DNA of 64,000 nucleotides from Candidatus Poribacteria bacterium (GTDB lineage Bacteria; Poribacteria; WGA-4E; WGA-3G): NCBI GenBank assembly GCA_965205025.1, contig CBDBFU010000002.1, positions 160,001 to 224,000 of the forward strand, read 5' to 3'. Shown piece by piece: positions 60,448 to 64,000 of this stretch (position 1 is its first letter; each line of letters starts with the position of its first letter). The notes under the pieces were generated by a model. It saw only the letters and a program-made list of their open reading frames with translations, ran no database searches and was not told where the DNA came from. The position numbers and the translations under genes were made by a program.

Positions 60448-61266
60448 ATGAATAAAAACTACATACAAATTATACTAACTGTTTTATCCATAGCAGTTGT
60501 TTTAGCATCGTTTACACCCTCTTCTATCGGATTACAACATCAGGTCAAACAAGGAGAAACCTTAACTGGGATAGCCCAAAAGTATAATGTTTCTATGAAG
60601 TCTATTGCGCAAGCAAACAAATTCAAAAATAATGATTATGATAGCTTGCAAATCGGTCAAAAACTTACAATTCCTGGTGTTACTAAAACGGCAAATGCTG
60701 GTGGAAGTATTGAAGGCACTGTATATACTGTCGAGCAAGGGGACTCTTTATATAGTATTGCCAAGAGATATAATGTTGAAGATTGGAGACAACTCCAAAA
60801 AACAAATGCTATCACCAATCCGAAACACCTCAAACCAGGTCAACAAATCCTTATACCAAGTGAAGTAACAATTGGTTTTTTGAAACCATTAAAAGTTCCT
60901 TTAGTTGTAACATCACATTACGGGTATCGCCATCATCCAATTACAAGACGTTACCGTCTTCATGAAGGAATAGATTTTCGGGCATCTATTGGCACCCGAG
61001 TTTATGCTTCAAAAACAGGTATTGTTACCTATGCTGCCAGAAAATCAGGATACGGGAAAATTGTCATTATACAACATAATGATAATTACTCTACCTCTTA
61101 TGGACACTTGTCAAGAATACGCGTATCCAAAGGTGATGTAGTACGTCAAGGACAAGTTATTGGCTTATCTGGCAATACAGGATTCTCGACCGGTCCGCAC
61201 CTGCATTTTGAAGTCAGATATAAGGGCAGAAGTGAAAATCCGGCTCGCCACCTTAAACTCCAGTGA
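60448..61266 (+). CDS. LysM-LysM-M23 peptidoglycan endopeptidase
   Basis: Two LysM repeats (HQVKQGETL, YTVEQGDSL), HEGID, YGHL, STGPHLHFEV. Confidence 0.93.
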   Translation: MNKNYIQIILTVLSIAVVLASFTPSSIGLQHQVKQGETLTGIAQKYNVSMKSIAQANKFKNNDYDSLQIGQKLTIPGVTKTANAGGSIEGTVYTVEQGDSLYSIAKRYNVEDWRQLQKTNAITNPKHLKPGQQILIPSEVTIGFLKPLKVPLVVTSHYGYRHHPITRRYRLHEGIDFRASIGTRVYASKTGIVTYAARKSGYGKIVIIQHNDNYSTSYGHLSRIRVSKGDVVRQGQVIGLSGNTGFSTGPHLHFEVRYKGRSENPARHLKLQ

Positions 61267-62812
61267 TCGAAGATGGTATTTCTTTACCATCTTACTTATC
61301 CTGTTCACTGGATCCCTCTTTGTTAAGAACGCATTTTTAGATTCAACCAATAATCCCCCGGGAATTGGAACTCAGGCATATAGACCTGCAGTAGGAACAC
61401 GGGGACTTGGGTTAAGTCGTACTTATATTAGCAATGTTGATGATGCAACAAGTCCGTTGTGGAATCCTGCTGGACTTGCTTCTCTCACAGCAGGGAATAT
61501 CATTTATGATTTCTCGCAAGGGTCATTTTCCTTTGCATATCCTATTAATCCGATTGGTACTTTCGGCATAAACATACTTGATCTTAATTATAATGATAGG
61601 TTCCTTGTAAACCATGCCTCCAACCCAATTGGCACATTTGAGATAGGTTACAATCAAGTGCTTTTTTCCTATGGTCGAAAAATGGGTCCAATAAAGTTAG
61701 GTACCAGTACAGGATATACACGTGCTCCATATAAAACCAGTCTCTGGGCACAGAATTATGATGTCGGTGCGCTCGTAAATTTATCACAACATTCGGTTAT
61801 AGGAATTCAATATCGTGATATTAACGGTGTGTCTATTCCTGATCAGAATGGGATCGTGTTAAGATCTTTTAATCCTCAGTTATCTATTGGAACAACAATC
61901 ATTCCTCATCCAGTTATTAGATGGCATACTTGCTATAATATAACATTACCCAGTCTGGGTACGAGTCTTGAGTTTGTTTCTGGGGCAATCTCAGCCAATG
62001 TTGGGTCGCTTTTCTCCTTTGACTCTCAATCTCCAATTCGATCATGGAGTCTTGGACTCTCTTTCAAACAATGGGGTAAAGAGGTGTATTATACCTATTT
62101 AAATGAAGACAACTTAAACTATAGACATCTGCTTTCCATTGGATTTACTTTTGGAGAAAAACAACAACAATCTGAAATAATTATCCCTGAAATTACTGCC
62201 CCAGATTCTACAAAAGAATCTAAAACAACTGAAAAGTCTGATGATAAAGCAAAACCTAATAACACCACAATCAAGGTATCACCTGAAAAACCCGATATTT
62301 CACAACCTATAATTGTTGAAATTAAACCAAATTCATCTGTAGAAAAGAGCATTCAGATTGCCAAAAAACATAATATTGAGATAGAGCTTATGTTGGCAAT
62401 TATATATGTCGAATCTAAATTTAACCCTGTTGCTGTATCAAAAACTGGGGCGGGTGGGTTAATGCAAATGATACCTGGAACTGCCAGAGAACTTGGTTTA
62501 AAAGTACCAAACTACTCAAACAAACTTAAACCTTCGCTTGATGGAACTATAGATGAACGGTTTGATTCCGTGAAGAATCTTGAGGCAGGCTTAATATATT
62601 TCAATCAACTCCGTCAGAAATACCTTAACGACTTGACCTTAGCACTTGGGGCGTACAATGTCGGACCTGGTAAAGTGAAAGTAGGAGGATCTCTTATCAG
62701 CAGAGGTAGAATCTATGTCAATAAGGTGTTAAAACGTAAGAATCTATATCAATCCAATAAAACATTGTTAAATACTGACCTAAATCGATTGGAAGCATTA
62801 CTCATAAAATAA
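61232..62812 (+). CDS. PorV/UPF0164-like beta-barrel fused to lytic transglycosylase (SLT) domain
   Basis: GTRGLGL......DDATSPLWNPAGLA barrel N-terminal motif and HLLSIGFTF last strand, a charged linker, then SLT motifs AIIYVESKFNP, GAGGLMQMIP, ALGAYNVG. Start codon uncertain (GTG 61232). Confidence 0.75.
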   Translation: MKIRLATLNSSDRRWYFFTILLILFTGSLFVKNAFLDSTNNPPGIGTQAYRPAVGTRGLGLSRTYISNVDDATSPLWNPAGLASLTAGNIIYDFSQGSFSFAYPINPIGTFGINILDLNYNDRFLVNHASNPIGTFEIGYNQVLFSYGRKMGPIKLGTSTGYTRAPYKTSLWAQNYDVGALVNLSQHSVIGIQYRDINGVSIPDQNGIVLRSFNPQLSIGTTIIPHPVIRWHTCYNITLPSLGTSLEFVSGAISANVGSLFSFDSQSPIRSWSLGLSFKQWGKEVYYTYLNEDNLNYRHLLSIGFTFGEKQQQSEIIIPEITAPDSTKESKTTEKSDDKAKPNNTTIKVSPEKPDISQPIIVEIKPNSSVEKSIQIAKKHNIEIELMLAIIYVESKFNPVAVSKTGAGGLMQMIPGTARELGLKVPNYSNKLKPSLDGTIDERFDSVKNLEAGLIYFNQLRQKYLNDLTLALGAYNVGPGKVKVGGSLISRGRIYVNKVLKRKNLYQSNKTLLNTDLNRLEALLIK

Positions 62813-63283
62813 CGTGAGTTTGATAAATCAGATATTTTGTTCGAATCAACGGTATGAATGCCATATGGCATTCCCCGGTGCTTGGGATATTGGTGATAAC
62901 TACTTTTATAGACATTCCGTCCCTACGGGACTCATTTAGTTAATTGCTCCTTTTTCTATAGACATTCCGTCCCTACGGGACTCAAACCAAAAAGTCATAG
63001 TTTAAAATTGACGCTAATAGTGCGGTTGGGAAACCGCACCTACCGGTCAGGGATATAACATTTTTTCTCTTAAATTGACGCCTATAAATCAATTGACGCT
63101 AATAGTGCGGTTGGGAAACCGCACCTACCGGTCAGGGATATAACATTTTTTCTCTTAAATTGACGCCTATAAATCAACGGTATGAATGCCATAAGGCATT
63201 CCCCAGGAAACCGCACCTACCGTGTCTATAGGAGTGATATTTTTGGATAAATGAAACTTATTTGTCTATTATCAAACTCACGT
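62812..63283. mobile_element. Expanded ACGTGAGTTTGATAA-type MITE filled with nested repeats
   Basis: Perfect TIR ACGTGAGTTTGATAA / TTATCAAACTCACGT with TAAAATA duplication. Contains two 35-bp elements, a GTCCCTACGGGAC pair and an 85-bp tandem duplication with GTAG REPs. Confidence 0.8.
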
Positions 63284-63300
63284 TAAAATAGGAATAAAAT

Positions 63301-64000
63301 ATGGATACAATTCGGTTAGCAATAGTTGGATGTGGTGGTATGGGACATCGGCACATGTACGGATTGGCAGAACTACATCGTGTTGGATGGGAAAAGTTTA
63401 CCCTTGTAGGTGCTTGTGATCCTGTTCTTGACAATGCTGAATCCCTTGCTACAAAAGCTGAAGAACGTTTTGGGAATAAACCTGCTGTTGTCAGCAACCT
63501 TGATGAACTCGCTGCTATTGGGGTCGATGCGGTTGATGTAACAACAACACCTCCATATCACCATACTATAGCGGTTGAGACATTACAACGCGGATGGCAT
63601 ACCATGGTTGAAAAACCTATGGGCCTCACTGTGCGTGCCTGTAACTTAATCCGTTCTGCTGTAGAAAATTCAAGTGCTGTCCTAAGTGTGGCAGAGAACT
63701 ATCGACGGGATCCTATTAACCGACTTGCCAAAGCACTACTGGATGCAGAAGTCATCGGTAAGCCGCGTTTTCTTATTCACCACGCAATCGGTGGTTCAAA
63801 CCGAATGCTTATCTCTGTATGGCGACATCAGAAAGATCAAAGCGGTGTTCTATTGGATGTTGGTGTTCATTATGCGGATATGATTGAGTATCTACTGGGT
63901 GAAGTTGAAACCGTCTATGCACAAACCCGACTTCATGAACCTATCCGCCACAATCCTGCTGCAGTATCGGGTGAATCAGGGTCGAATCCTGCAGGTGTCT
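63301..64000 (+). CDS. Gfo/Idh/MocA family oxidoreductase (partial, runs off window)
   Basis: MDTIRLAIVGCGGMG..., MVEKPMG, GVLLDVGVHYAD; no stop seen in the segments read. Confidence 0.88.
   Translation, partial: MDTIRLAIVGCGGMGHRHMYGLAELHRVGWEKFTLVGACDPVLDNAESLATKAEERFGNKPAVVSNLDELAAIGVDAVDVTTTPPYHHTIAVETLQRGWHTMVEKPMGLTVRACNLIRSAVENSSAVLSVAENYRRDPINRLAKALLDAEVIGKPRFLIHHAIGGSNRMLISVWRHQKDQSGVLLDVGVHYADMIEYLLGEVETVYAQTRLHEPIRHNPAAVSGESGSNPAGV

Overview
AT-rich bacterial chromosome segment. The gene content (orphan BMC vertex genes, cohesin/dockerin fusion, C25 peptidase, sulfatase, many Gfo/Idh/MocA enzymes, dense intergenic repeats) is consistent with a Candidatus Poribacteria-like organism (inference). 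Core genes are hisH, ribDE-BA-H, hemW, ftsB, eno, ccmABEFH, korA plus two korB, argG, a tRNA(CAT), tilS and hpt. An accessory island between hisH and ribH carries a DNA methyltransferase-HNH fusion, a HigB toxin, and a HigA-like antitoxin whose DNA-binding HTH is replaced by 12 TPR repeats. Intergenic spaces hold nested small mobile DNA: GTAG REP hairpins, several REP-carrying MITE families, and a ~35-bp hairpin element that inserts into REPs and into itself. One IS630 and one IS4 element are present. Also notable are a probable selenocysteine (UGA) peroxiredoxin-like gene, a TsdA/SoxA-like diheme cytochrome and a beta-barrel-lytic transglycosylase fusion. Several conserved genes have single-base homopolymer frameshifts that are most likely assembly errors.
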